From Naegleria gruberi (taxonomy: Eukaryota): a DNA stretch of 64,000 nt. The translations under genes and the position numbers were made by a program. The stretch is taken from the NCBI GenBank assembly GCA_000004985.1, contig GG738924.1, one strand, 5' to 3'. Position 1 is the stretch's first letter. Each line of letters begins with the position of its first letter. The notes under the pieces were generated by a model. That model was not told where the DNA came from. It ran no database searches and saw only the letters and a list, made by a program, of their open reading frames with translations. Shown piece by piece: positions 28,650-38,982 of this stretch.

Positions 28650-31022
28650 ATGTCTCAACACGATATTAACAACATGTCCATTAGAAATGTTGCAATTTGT
28701 GGTGAACCATCAAGTGGAAAATCCTCTCTTGTCCACTTGTTAATCAACAACAATCATCAAACAAATTCAACACAAATTCTTTTTGAAACTTTTCAATCAC
28801 AACTTTATTCAACAAGCCTAAAATTAAATTCTCATCATGATGTTGAAGTAAATTCTATCCTCAACTTGGTGGATTGTATTGGTAGATTAGAATCACTCTC
28901 CCAAGTCAAGGCAGATCTCAGATTGACTGATGGTTGTATTATGGTAGTTGATGCAAGTTTACCAACATTTGGAAAATATTCGGAATTGGTTTTGAGACAA
29001 ATTTCACAGGAGAACATTCCTCTTGTTGTACTGTTTAACAAATTAGATGAACCTTTGATGGATTGCAATGTTGATTTGGAGGAAATTAACAAATCAATAC
29101 AGAGGATTGTTGATTCAGTTAATTTGGTGATGAGCACATTCAATACTGAGAGTAAATTAAGTTTGGAAAGTATTGTATTTGGATCTACAAAGCAGGGGTG
29201 GGCTTTTACGTTGAAACATTTTGCCATGTTTTATTCGAAACAATTTGGAATGAACCAAGATGAATTATTAGAGAAATTGTGGGGAGATTGTTATTACGAT
29301 GCAGAAAATGGCAAATGGACAAATCAATCTAATGACAACATTTTCCAAAGGAGTTTCTGTCAATTTATTTTAAAGCCTATTAGGAGAGTATTAGCAGCGT
29401 GTGAAAAATCAGAGTTTAATGTGTTAGAAGAGGTGTTAAATCCTTTTGTGAAAAGTCTTTCAAAAACAGAATACACGGATCTCAGCAAGCAAGAATTAAT
29501 CAACTCAACCATGCAAAAATGGCTATCAGCCAACAACTCAATACATGAGTTGATTTTTAATCAATTACCTTCCCCAGAAAAGGCTCCGTATAACAGGGCT
29601 AAAAGTATCTATTCTGGCTCAATTACAGACAAATTCGGAACAGCCATCAAGAATTGTGATCCATGTGGTCCCTTAGTTGTACATGTTTCTTCTAACAAAA
29701 TTATTAATGGAAAGATTTATGCAATTTCAAGAATTTTTTCTGGATCTTTGAAATCTGACACTATTGTAAGAGTATTTAATTCAAAGCAGGTGTTTGAGGA
29801 AAAATCTCTTCGAGGAATTGTAAAGATCAATGGCACGAGTATTGAACCTATTGAAGAGGCAAGTTGTCAATTCAATCCTATTATTGGATTGATTGGAATT
29901 GAATCATGTTTAACAAACAAAGGATCCACAATAACTGAGAGTACAGAATTGGAGGCTAAACCATTTATTTCTGATTCAAAAAGTAATTTACCAATGATTA
30001 ATGTCTATGTAGAGCCTAAGAAACAAGCCTATCTTCCCAAACTTATAAGAGGACTAGAATTAATTTACAAATGCGATTCTTCACTATCTTTCACTTTGGA
30101 TGAATATACTGGAGAGAAGATACTTACAGTTTTTGATGAAAAACATTTGGATTCGGTGCTACACCAATTTAAACAACTTCATCCAAGTATTGAACTCGAG
30201 GTTTCTGGACCCATTGTAAAATATCAAGAAACAGTGACAAGTTCATCTGCAAATATAACACTTGTAAAAACACCAAACAAACACAATAGGCTATGGCTCA
30301 CTACTGAACCTTTAAAAGAGGATGTAATTAGCTATTTTGAATCAGGAAAATTACCTAGCGAGCCTAAACAGAGAGGTAAAATATTGAATGAAAATTTTGG
30401 CTGGGATTTGGTAGATGCAAAAAAGATTTGGTCACTTTGCGAAAATAGTCTAAACGTATTTGTTGACAAGACACAACAAGTTTGTTATTTGAATGAAATC
30501 AAGGATGCAGTAATTCTTGGTTTTCATATTGCAACAAGAGAAGGGCCACTATGTAATGAATTAATGAGAGGCGTACGTTTTAATCTTAAAGATGTAGCCA
30601 TGTACAGTGATGCCATTCATAGAGGCACTGGACAAATAGCACCAACTGTGAAAAGAGGTTGCTATGCTAGTGTATTGGATGCAGAGCCAAGTTTATTAGA
30701 GCCAATTTCTCTAATGGAATTCAAATGTAAAAAATCGGAATTGAGTGCTGTTTATTCAATACTCAATTCAAGAAGAGGAGTTGTGATAGAAGAGCAACAC
30801 ACTTCATCTGTTTTTGGAAAGGCTTTTTTGCCAGTTTCTGAATCGTTTGGGGTTTTGCAATACTTGGATCAGTATAACGTTTCGTCTCAATTTATTTTTG
30901 ATCACTGGCAGCCAATACCTGCTAACTCATCCCAATTTCATGACATTGTGTATAGAACTCGCCTCAGAAAAGGTCTACCAGAAAAGTTACCTTGCCATTC
31001 TGAACTAGTAGACAAACTTTGA
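28650..31022 (+). CDS. Divergent EF-2/EF-G-family GTPase paralog (EFL1/Snu114-like architecture) with degenerate G motifs
   Basis: 791 aa from the first ATG (the track start was a TTG). G1 reads AICGEPSSGKSS, G3 reads DCIGRLES and G4 reads NKLD. The C-terminal EF-2 domains IV/V are conserved (VLDAEPSLLEPISLMEFKCKKSELSAVYSILNSRRGVVIEEQ...FGVLQYLDQ...FDHWQPIP). Confidence 0.7.
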   Translation: MSQHDINNMSIRNVAICGEPSSGKSSLVHLLINNNHQTNSTQILFETFQSQLYSTSLKLNSHHDVEVNSILNLVDCIGRLESLSQVKADLRLTDGCIMVVDASLPTFGKYSELVLRQISQENIPLVVLFNKLDEPLMDCNVDLEEINKSIQRIVDSVNLVMSTFNTESKLSLESIVFGSTKQGWAFTLKHFAMFYSKQFGMNQDELLEKLWGDCYYDAENGKWTNQSNDNIFQRSFCQFILKPIRRVLAACEKSEFNVLEEVLNPFVKSLSKTEYTDLSKQELINSTMQKWLSANNSIHELIFNQLPSPEKAPYNRAKSIYSGSITDKFGTAIKNCDPCGPLVVHVSSNKIINGKIYAISRIFSGSLKSDTIVRVFNSKQVFEEKSLRGIVKINGTSIEPIEEASCQFNPIIGLIGIESCLTNKGSTITESTELEAKPFISDSKSNLPMINVYVEPKKQAYLPKLIRGLELIYKCDSSLSFTLDEYTGEKILTVFDEKHLDSVLHQFKQLHPSIELEVSGPIVKYQETVTSSSANITLVKTPNKHNRLWLTTEPLKEDVISYFESGKLPSEPKQRGKILNENFGWDLVDAKKIWSLCENSLNVFVDKTQQVCYLNEIKDAVILGFHIATREGPLCNELMRGVRFNLKDVAMYSDAIHRGTGQIAPTVKRGCYASVLDAEPSLLEPISLMEFKCKKSELSAVYSILNSRRGVVIEEQHTSSVFGKAFLPVSESFGVLQYLDQYNVSSQFIFDHWQPIPANSSQFHDIVYRTRLRKGLPEKLPCHSELVDKL

Positions 31023-31617
31023 TGAAACAAATTAATGAAAATTTAAAAAAAATGGAAAATATTTTACTGGGTAAAGAATTATGTCATCATGAAGAGAAGG
31101 AATTAAATAGATTTCAGTTCTATTCTTCTTGATTTGAAGAGAGTAACTAAACTCAAGCGAAGATTGAAGCGTAGATCTAATTAGTATTTCAATGTTTCCT
31201 ATTACAACAATATTGTCATCATACATAGAAATGTGGATAATATTCGATGGATTAAAGTTATGACAGTGTTGATATTACAAGAGCAAAATATAGGTACTTT
31301 AGAACTCTTCTAATTCCGTTTAAAATTATTGTAAAGACCAATAATCAATCAACAAGACCAATAATTGTAATTGAGGTTTTAGCAGAAACGAGAAAATTCA
31401 ATCATCATTCGTTTATTGTTGAAAAAATTAGGAAATGATTGAAAATTTATTATCAATAACTGATATCAAAATATTGGATCAAGCAAGAACTCCCAGAATA
31501 TTTATCCAACAACAAGAGGAATAAATATTTCAAAAATTTAAACATCTAATAAATTTGATTAAAAAAAATTCATAATTTAAGGTTTTGATCATTAATCTTG
31601 TCCATCAACAAAATTAA

Positions 31618-32739
31618 ATGGAAAATCTTGGAGCAGAGCTTTGTTATTTGGCACAATTACCACCGGAAGAACAATTCACAATTCGACTTGTAATAATTTG
31701 GGAATTAGACAATAATAAGTTTCTTGTTTGTAGAGCAAAGCCAGACAATGCCTATCCATTTCTCAATGAGGATATGGAGTATTCTAATGCGGATATTGTT
31801 TATTTCAGCCCAATTGAAGTGTATACACATACACCTGTAATAACAGGAGATGTAGTGGAAGTTGGAAGAATTTTAATTATTGATAATGCATTGCATCTTG
31901 ACTCAGTGACGTTTATTGAGAAAGCAAACACTATGCCAGGTAGGATAGAGTATATGACTGAAACTATGAATGATATTTGGATTCAAAAGGAGTATGTGAG
32001 TAATGGGAAAAGTTCAAAAGTGGAGGAAGAGAGTGAAATAGATGCAAGTTTACTTGATCAATTACCATTTGATATGAAATTTGAGATTATCTCTTTCATT
32101 CCAACTTATTCGAAACAAGAACGAATTAAACTAGTCGAGAGAAATGTAAGAATAGCCTGTGAACTCTTGAAAATATGTGAGGATGAGTTTAATGATAAAT
32201 ATTGTGATAAAACGTGTACTGCAATGCGTATTGAAAAGAGATTAAATCCAGATCGATTATATGAAATAGATAATGATTTTATCAGATTTGTGAAAATGAG
32301 ATTGATTAATAAGGAGTTTGCCAAAATTATGAAGGAAAACATTATGAAATTGGATTTATTATATATTTATCGAGATGATATAGGAAGGAGACGATTGGTA
32401 AGGACTAGTATTGAACTTGCAAGAAGAGATTATTTCAAAGACCCTTCACTTAATCCCATCTATTTTCTTTATTATTATTCACAGATAGAAAAACATGCCT
32501 ATCCCTACTATGGTTATAATGATCTTAATATTGCATGTGCGCCATCTTTAGATAAACTGAGCAGGTTTGATTTTGCAGTATCATTCTATGAAAAGTTTGG
32601 ATTGTCATCTAATGAAATATATTTGATGGAAAAAATAGATTTTTGTGTTAACAGGAAGGAACTAAAATTATATAGACCTACGTTCATCTTGGAAGAGTTT
32701 AGAGCACTTTTGGGAGAAATTTTTCTTGCTCTAAATTAG
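31618..32739 (+). CDS. Hypothetical protein (373 aa)
   Basis: Long ORF from a true ATG with coding-like composition. No recognised domain. Confidence 0.45.
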   Translation: MENLGAELCYLAQLPPEEQFTIRLVIIWELDNNKFLVCRAKPDNAYPFLNEDMEYSNADIVYFSPIEVYTHTPVITGDVVEVGRILIIDNALHLDSVTFIEKANTMPGRIEYMTETMNDIWIQKEYVSNGKSSKVEEESEIDASLLDQLPFDMKFEIISFIPTYSKQERIKLVERNVRIACELLKICEDEFNDKYCDKTCTAMRIEKRLNPDRLYEIDNDFIRFVKMRLINKEFAKIMKENIMKLDLLYIYRDDIGRRRLVRTSIELARRDYFKDPSLNPIYFLYYYSQIEKHAYPYYGYNDLNIACAPSLDKLSRFDFAVSFYEKFGLSSNEIYLMEKIDFCVNRKELKLYRPTFILEEFRALLGEIFLALN

Positions 32740-32924
32740 AAATCTATTGCCTCTTTTTTGATACTAGAGTATCACAGTTTATTGTTGATGAATTAAGCAC
32801 TCAAAGCTATATAATTACATTACACAAAAGAGATTTTTGCAAGAGAATACAAAGATTTATACAGACGGATGAAAATCCACCTATACAAATTAATCTATTT
32901 GAGCTAGAAGAATATCATCCATTA

Positions 32925-33650
32925 ATGGATCCTTATCCCATACAAAATAAGCTATTTTTCTGCATGGATTTATCGCAAACCAAACGAATGCTGGACTCAA
33001 TTTTAAATAATAATCATAGCTTAATTTTGGACACTACATTCCATCCTTCTCACCTAAACGAATACTTTTCAAAACTTTGTCAACACCAGTCAGGAGGAAA
33101 ATTTAATGCTCATCCTTGTGAAAGGGAGACCACTACTGACTATGAATTCATTGATGTAATTCGAAACTCTAACTATTCTATTGAACACATGATGCACGAA
33201 ACTTTGAGTCTGATTACTTTGGATCCAAAGTTACGGAGCTATTTTTATAGACCTTACATTACATTTTCAGGACCTTCTTTATTATTTGCCAATCATTATT
33301 CAGCTGGTTGTGAAATTGCTTTCCAATACATGGAAGAGCCTGAACTTTCTTATCGAGACCAAAATGGGTTAACTGTACTGCACTACATTGCAGAGAATTT
33401 TTTGGAGATTAAGCAACAGAAAATTTTAACAGAAAAATTAGTCAAATATCCCCATTTATTGAATATTTGTGATAATAGGGGAAGAGTTCCAACTGATATT
33501 TTTATGCCACCATTTGCAACAAATTTTTTACGTAACTATATTGAAGAAAATGAAATTACAATTGAACGAAGGTACATACCATTTAACCCCTTCGAGTTAC
33601 CTTCAAAGAAACAAAAACGAATTGATTCATATTTTAAGAAGAAACAATAA
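32925..33650 (+). CDS. Hypothetical protein (241 aa)
   Basis: ORF from an ATG. The segment GLTVLHYIAENFLEIKQQKILTEKLVKYPHLLNICDNRGRVPTDIF is weakly ankyrin-like. Confidence 0.4.
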   Translation: MDPYPIQNKLFFCMDLSQTKRMLDSILNNNHSLILDTTFHPSHLNEYFSKLCQHQSGGKFNAHPCERETTTDYEFIDVIRNSNYSIEHMMHETLSLITLDPKLRSYFYRPYITFSGPSLLFANHYSAGCEIAFQYMEEPELSYRDQNGLTVLHYIAENFLEIKQQKILTEKLVKYPHLLNICDNRGRVPTDIFMPPFATNFLRNYIEENEITIERRYIPFNPFELPSKKQKRIDSYFKKKQ

Positions 33651-33840
33651 AAGCATAGCTTATAATTCGTTTGGCATTATCCAGTTTGTAATCTCATTAT
33701 TGTAAACCTTTACACAAAATGCAATCAACCACTGTTGAGGAAATATCCAGCATGATTAATTTCTATTCAAAAGTTGGAAATTCAGCTTTCCATAATCACC
33801 TACAATGCAGAGATCGAAACATTGGCCTTCCACTGAGATT

Positions 33841-35170
33841 GTGAAATAGTTTAATTTATTTTGTTATTAATATTTCTCACGTGTTACTGAGAGTGTGTAA
33901 GTAAATGCCATTAATTTACAAGGATGGTTTAACGATTGGCTTTGATGACTTTTTACATGTCTTTCTCTTGATACAAATCTTCTTCTTGATTGACTTGCAA
34001 CACTTCTTCTTTCCACCAACTAATTTGAATTTCTTACAAATCTTCTTTCCCTTTGAACGTTTCAAACACTTCTTATAATACTTCTTCTTGATACATCTTG
34101 GTGGAATGATAATTGACTTGGCACAATACTTCTTCTTGTTATATTTCACACATTTGGAAATAGTCTTCTTGTGCTTACAGAACTTGATGGTCTTATGTTT
34201 GGCACAGAAGAATTTCTTCTTAATGAGACAACATTTCTTAATGGATTTTCTCTCCTTACAATATTTAACCTTCTTATACTTGGCACATTTCTTTGCCCAT
34301 GAAACAATCTTGCACTTTTTAACATATCTACATTTGGCAACCTTCTTATTATAGGAATCAACAGTGTACTTATCACAGACTTTCTTCTTTTCACACTTCT
34401 TGATTGGAACCTTCTTGAATTTCTTACAGACCTTCTTATATCCCTTCTTGACGCACTTGTTGACAATCTTGTACTTGGCACAGAATTTCTTGAAACCCTT
34501 CTTGATACAAATCTTCTTAGTTCCATAAGAATCACAAACCTTCCAATACTTCTTCTTGGCACATCCAACAGTCTTGTATGCATGTAAGACACACTTCTTT
34601 GTTGCCTTACTGTACTTGTCACATTTGGAATATTTCTTATGTTTGAGACATTTTCCAGCACCGACAATTGCATATTGATCACAGACCTTCTTTTGACCGA
34701 CGAGTTTGTGTTTTAAACACTTCTTAATCCACTTGTGCTTTAAACATTTTCTCTTACAAATTCTTGGTTTGTGATACTTGTCAACAACTGGAGGTTTGGT
34801 TTGATAGCTGTCACTTGCTTGAACTGAGAGGACTGCAAGCAAGAGTAGAATTGCAATTGAAAAGATTAGATTTGTTTTCATTTTTTTTTGTTGGATAGTA
34901 AAGTTCAAACACATGGTGCTAATTTAAACCATTTCGAATAGTTTTTCATTTGGAACAAACTCAAAAAGTTAGATGTAAGGTTCCAAATTTGGATGGAAAT
35001 CTGATTTCCCCTAATGAAACCTTCACTGATTCAATCTACTTAATATCAACTCATATTTCAAATTTAAATAATGTTATATGATTCGTACATTACAATTAAT
35101 TCAAGTTCTTCTTTCACATTCAAGGTTTAATGAGACCTTCTTTTGTGTTTCTATTGAATGAGTAATTCAT
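33841..35170. repeat. Segmental duplication copy 2. It overlaps the 3' end of gene 35120-37663.
   Basis: See copy 1. In this copy the right end of the repeat coincides with the last ~17 codons (ERFLMNYSFNRNTKEGLIKP*) of the adjacent large gene. Confidence 0.85.
33916..34881 (-). CDS. Secreted Lys/Cys-rich basic protein, copy 2 (start at MKTNLIF)
   Basis: It differs from copy 1 by a 2-aa indel (PPVVVVDK in copy 1, PPVVDK here), a few substitutions and the C-terminal residues. The 5' poly-T differs (9 T here, 7 T in copy 1), which explains the spurious upstream ATG in the track. Confidence 0.6.
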   Translation of the reverse strand: MKTNLIFSIAILLLLAVLSVQASDSYQTKPPVVDKYHKPRICKRKCLKHKWIKKCLKHKLVGQKKVCDQYAIVGAGKCLKHKKYSKCDKYSKATKKCVLHAYKTVGCAKKKYWKVCDSYGTKKICIKKGFKKFCAKYKIVNKCVKKGYKKVCKKFKKVPIKKCEKKKVCDKYTVDSYNKKVAKCRYVKKCKIVSWAKKCAKYKKVKYCKERKSIKKCCLIKKKFFCAKHKTIKFCKHKKTISKCVKYNKKKYCAKSIIIPPRCIKKKYYKKCLKRSKGKKICKKFKLVGGKKKCCKSIKKKICIKRKTCKKSSKPIVKPSL

Positions 35171-37663
35171 TAAAAATCTTTCAGTTCTAAGTTTCCTGCA
35201 AGATGGACAAAAAACATCACGGTCATCGGTATCAGTAGATTCTTTACCATTCCATCGTTTGCTGCTAATTATTTCGGCCAATGTTGGAGAATAGAGATAG
35301 GTTAAGCACTTGTCACATTTGGCTATACAGTACTTTCTTGCCAAATGCCTGTCAGAGTATTTCTCCTTTACAAAATCATGGTTTTCTGCTAAAATCTGAA
35401 ACAGTTCTGAAGGTCTATCAATAAAGATGTACTCATCTGTTGTCATAATATTTTCAACTCTTTCTGCATGTTGAATCTCATCAGATTTTAGATTTTTCAT
35501 AAAATCTTCCACATTTTCCGAGTGTTTGAATGGTGTGGTAAGAATAAAATCGAATATAAAGCAGTGATGATTCCTTGATAGGTGTCTACGAAGTTTCCAC
35601 AATGCAGCGCTCAATCCAATACTCTTACATAGGTCAATAAAATAATAATCCACATTTCTCAATACTAAAGGATACAAGTATTCAGAAGCATCCAAATCTA
35701 TAGAACTACTAGGGTCAGTAGTATGCGTTGATTGAACATGCAAGTTAGATGAAGGATGAAACCTATAATATCCAGATTCATAATTCGAGAGATAATTTTT
35801 AAGAGTATGCAATCGGTGGCTTTCAACAATAAAATCACAATGCATGGCATGCAGCAAAGGATGGTCATATTTCAGTACGAATGTGTGAAAACCTCTAGTT
35901 CCATATTTCCATGCCCGCCTATTATTGATTTCTGAGTTTCCGGTTTCTTTAGAAAGAAAATTTATCTTATACTTGAGGGATCTTAAACATTCTAAAACAG
36001 TAAATACTTGTGATCCATCATAGGCAAGTTTGCAGCAATCCAAGTCAAAAAATAAAAGTAACTCCTCAATAGAATCATATTTCAATAAAACTATTTGAAT
36101 ATTTTGGTTGCTTTCCACTCTGTAACCATCCTTTAGACTCATTCTAGGACGTTTTTGACAAATATTAATTGTTGTCTTGGAGCTCATTATGTTATAATCA
36201 AATTTGGTAGATTTCTTCTCAAACATTAGCATTACGTGTTTAATTGCTTGATTAATCACATCATTTGACTCGCCATTATTAATGATGAAAATATCAATAT
36301 CTTGACATCCACAACCAGTTAATGTGTGAAGGAGTGATCCTCCTGAAACAACAAAGCGTTCCTTTGTTTTGGTTGTTCTATTGTACTGAAAGATGCAATC
36401 ATAAATAAGGACTCTTGCTAGTTCATTAAGGAAATGGTTCTTGAATCTTTCTTCGAAATTAGAAAATGTCATCTTGTGAGGATGTTTGAAAAATCTCACC
36501 AATCTCTCCAAGTAAATAGAATAAAGGTCTGGATTTGGTTTGTCTACATATGTGTGATAATCAATTTGTGAATGGCTACCTAATTCACTTTGTTGATTGT
36601 AAAGATCTGGAGTAATTACACGATCCAACTTCCATATTTTGTCCAAATCTGTATAATACTGCCTGGTCATTCCTTTCACACATCTTCTCCTTACAAATTG
36701 ATCAAACGTGAGATAGTATCCATCTTTCTGTGGAAAGAGTCCATAAGGAAAGACAGGAAGACTTTCATTTGACAACTTTTGAATTTCATCATCTGGCAAA
36801 CTATTTAAAGAGGCCATTTTCAAATCAGCAGTATCATTAATTTCCTTAATTTCTGGATCATCCGCTTGATAAACGGTTGAAAACTTTTTCTGATCATGAA
36901 AATAACTCAAAGGCCACGATACTGAACTTCTCGTTCGGAAATATTGATCATAGGTCAACATGACTTTCTCTCCACCACTAGCCAAACTATCCGAAAACAA
37001 ATCAAACGCTCTACTCAACTCTCCAATCTTCCTCTTTCCATTCAAAATATCCAAACGAAGCCTCTCAACACTCTGACCATAAATCTCATCAAACAATTGA
37101 TAAACATCTCGGCATGTACATATAAAATTGAAAAGGCTCTTCGTATCCATATAAAACATCCAATCTAACATTATTTCATTTGGAATTTGCTTGATTAAAT
37201 TATGATCAGGTATTACTTCATAATGAATTTCTCCCCAATCAATATTAATAATATTATTATCATCACCATCATCCTCATCACAATTATTCATTAAATAATT
37301 AGTATCGGAATCGATATATCTTTCTTCATCCTCTTCATGTTTACGTATCAGACCTCCATTGGAAAATATCTTTCCATCTTCAATAATCATTGCCACCTCA
37401 TCAGTACTCGATTTAATTGTATAAATATTGTTGTTGTTGTTGGGTGAGAAAATGTTTGGATTAAATTCATTTTGGATTTTTTCTTGGCGGGAAATTCCAG
37501 AAGAGGAAGCAATCGTAGTGGATTTTTTTTCATGATCCTGAATTTCCTCCCAATCAATAATGAGATCATCATTGTCATCATCACTGATAACGATTACCTG
37601 ATTGTCAGGGGTCTTTTTGGTTGGGCGGGAAGAGGGTGAATCTGAATCAAACTTTCGTTTCAT
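35120..37663 (-). CDS. Large hypothetical protein (847 aa) with an F-box-like motif and a nucleotidyltransferase-fold signature
   Basis: The F-box-like segment reads IPNEIMLDWMFYMDTKSLFNFICTCRDVYQLFDE. The NTase-fold motif reads VVSGGSLLHTLTGCGCQDIDIFII, which fits hG[GS]-x(9-13)-DhDh. Confidence 0.6.
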   Translation of the reverse strand: MKRKFDSDSPSSRPTKKTPDNQVIVISDDDNDDLIIDWEEIQDHEKKSTTIASSSGISRQEKIQNEFNPNIFSPNNNNNIYTIKSSTDEVAMIIEDGKIFSNGGLIRKHEEDEERYIDSDTNYLMNNCDEDDGDDNNIINIDWGEIHYEVIPDHNLIKQIPNEIMLDWMFYMDTKSLFNFICTCRDVYQLFDEIYGQSVERLRLDILNGKRKIGELSRAFDLFSDSLASGGEKVMLTYDQYFRTRSSVSWPLSYFHDQKKFSTVYQADDPEIKEINDTADLKMASLNSLPDDEIQKLSNESLPVFPYGLFPQKDGYYLTFDQFVRRRCVKGMTRQYYTDLDKIWKLDRVITPDLYNQQSELGSHSQIDYHTYVDKPNPDLYSIYLERLVRFFKHPHKMTFSNFEERFKNHFLNELARVLIYDCIFQYNRTTKTKERFVVSGGSLLHTLTGCGCQDIDIFIINNGESNDVINQAIKHVMLMFEKKSTKFDYNIMSSKTTINICQKRPRMSLKDGYRVESNQNIQIVLLKYDSIEELLLFFDLDCCKLAYDGSQVFTVLECLRSLKYKINFLSKETGNSEINNRRAWKYGTRGFHTFVLKYDHPLLHAMHCDFIVESHRLHTLKNYLSNYESGYYRFHPSSNLHVQSTHTTDPSSSIDLDASEYLYPLVLRNVDYYFIDLCKSIGLSAALWKLRRHLSRNHHCFIFDFILTTPFKHSENVEDFMKNLKSDEIQHAERVENIMTTDEYIFIDRPSELFQILAENHDFVKEKYSDRHLARKYCIAKCDKCLTYLYSPTLAEIISSKRWNGKESTDTDDRDVFCPSCRKLRTERFLMNYSFNRNTKEGLIKP

Positions 37664-37783
37664 TTTTTTTGATTTTATTTCACTTCTAGTTTGTGCACGA
37701 ATTTAGTATTTGAAAGATGATTCAATACTATTTGATATTTGAAATAAAGATATTGAGTTATTTGTTTCATCTTTCCTTTAAAG

Positions 37784-38705
37784 TTATTCGAATTGTTCGA
37801 GCCACATCAAGTGACAACCATCATTCTTTGGATTTTTAAAAGTAATTTGTTCGAATGGTTTGTATAATTCACCAGTTTCCAAATGATTAGTTTCGTATTC
37901 TGAATATTTTACAACAGCTTTTGAGACAAAGTTATGTTGTTCCTTAATTGATTTTGAAGTGTGACTTGTGCACTCTGCAACGGCTCCCTTAAATCCCAAC
38001 ACATTTTTAGCATAATCAAAATGAATTTTGGTCAATTGTGAAGCAATTCCTTTTCCTCTATTTTCAATTTAGTCAAAAATTATGGAATATTTCAATAATT
38101 TAAAGTCAATCAATTTACACACCTATACTCTGCATAAACACTTGTGCAATTCAAGTGAAGAATCTTTCCAAAACTTTCAGAATTTTTAATTTCCTTCTCA
38201 CGTTCAGGATTTGCATGGAAGAATTTTTCATGTAACAATTCCAAAACTTTAATCACTCTTCCAATTTTCTTATTTTCCATCAATTTTTCTGGAATAGTTG
38301 CAAAAAAGCTTTTGGCATAGTCTTCACTGATGATTACACCAATTAATTTTCTATTCATTTTCATTAATTTTTCATTAATTTAAATAAATATTCACCAATT
38401 ATATTATTATTTTAAAAAATTAATTTTAATATTATTAAACACCTCGGAATAAATATAACAAACAAGCAATACACTTACCCAGTAGCTGTATCGATAGCTA
38501 CATGTCCCAATCTCTGCTCACAAGCCACACCTGCAAAATAAACCTCAAAATCCAAGTAATCATCAGGAACATGTCCCAACGCTACTCCCATTGGTTCCGA
38601 TGTACCAAAAGTATAGGCAAGACATTGAACGGCTTCATCCAAATACTCTGCAGTTAACAGTTGATATTGGATAGCATCAATAACAGTAGAATCTTGTGAT
38701 GACAT
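37784..38705 (-). CDS. GNAT-family N-acetyltransferase, three exons (38479-38705, 38123-38350, 37784-38057)
   Basis: Exon 1 ends ...HVAIDTATG with a GTAAGT donor. Exon 2 encodes KLIGVIISEDYAKSFF...HLNCTSVYAEY with a GTGTGT donor. The junction of exons 2 and 3 recreates acetyl-CoA motif A, R|GKGIASQL. The introns are 128 and 65 nt. Confidence 0.6.
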
Positions 38706-38982
38706 TTTTTTAATAGTGGTTGATAAATCTTCACAGTTGTTTGCACAATATTCTGAAACATCGATTCTCTTCTATTGGCAATGTTCCACTCTTAAGTTAG
38801 TCAACTTGTATTACAAATTTTATTGAGTTATTAGTAATGTTAAAGGAAAACAATGAAGAAAAACCTTAAAGATTACTCAGAATCTTAACACATGTTGACT
38901 TTGCTTCTCTCTTGGTACTATCCTTCAAAATCCACTTTCTTCCTAATTCACATCCGTGTGAATAAGATGTAATTTAAAAAAA

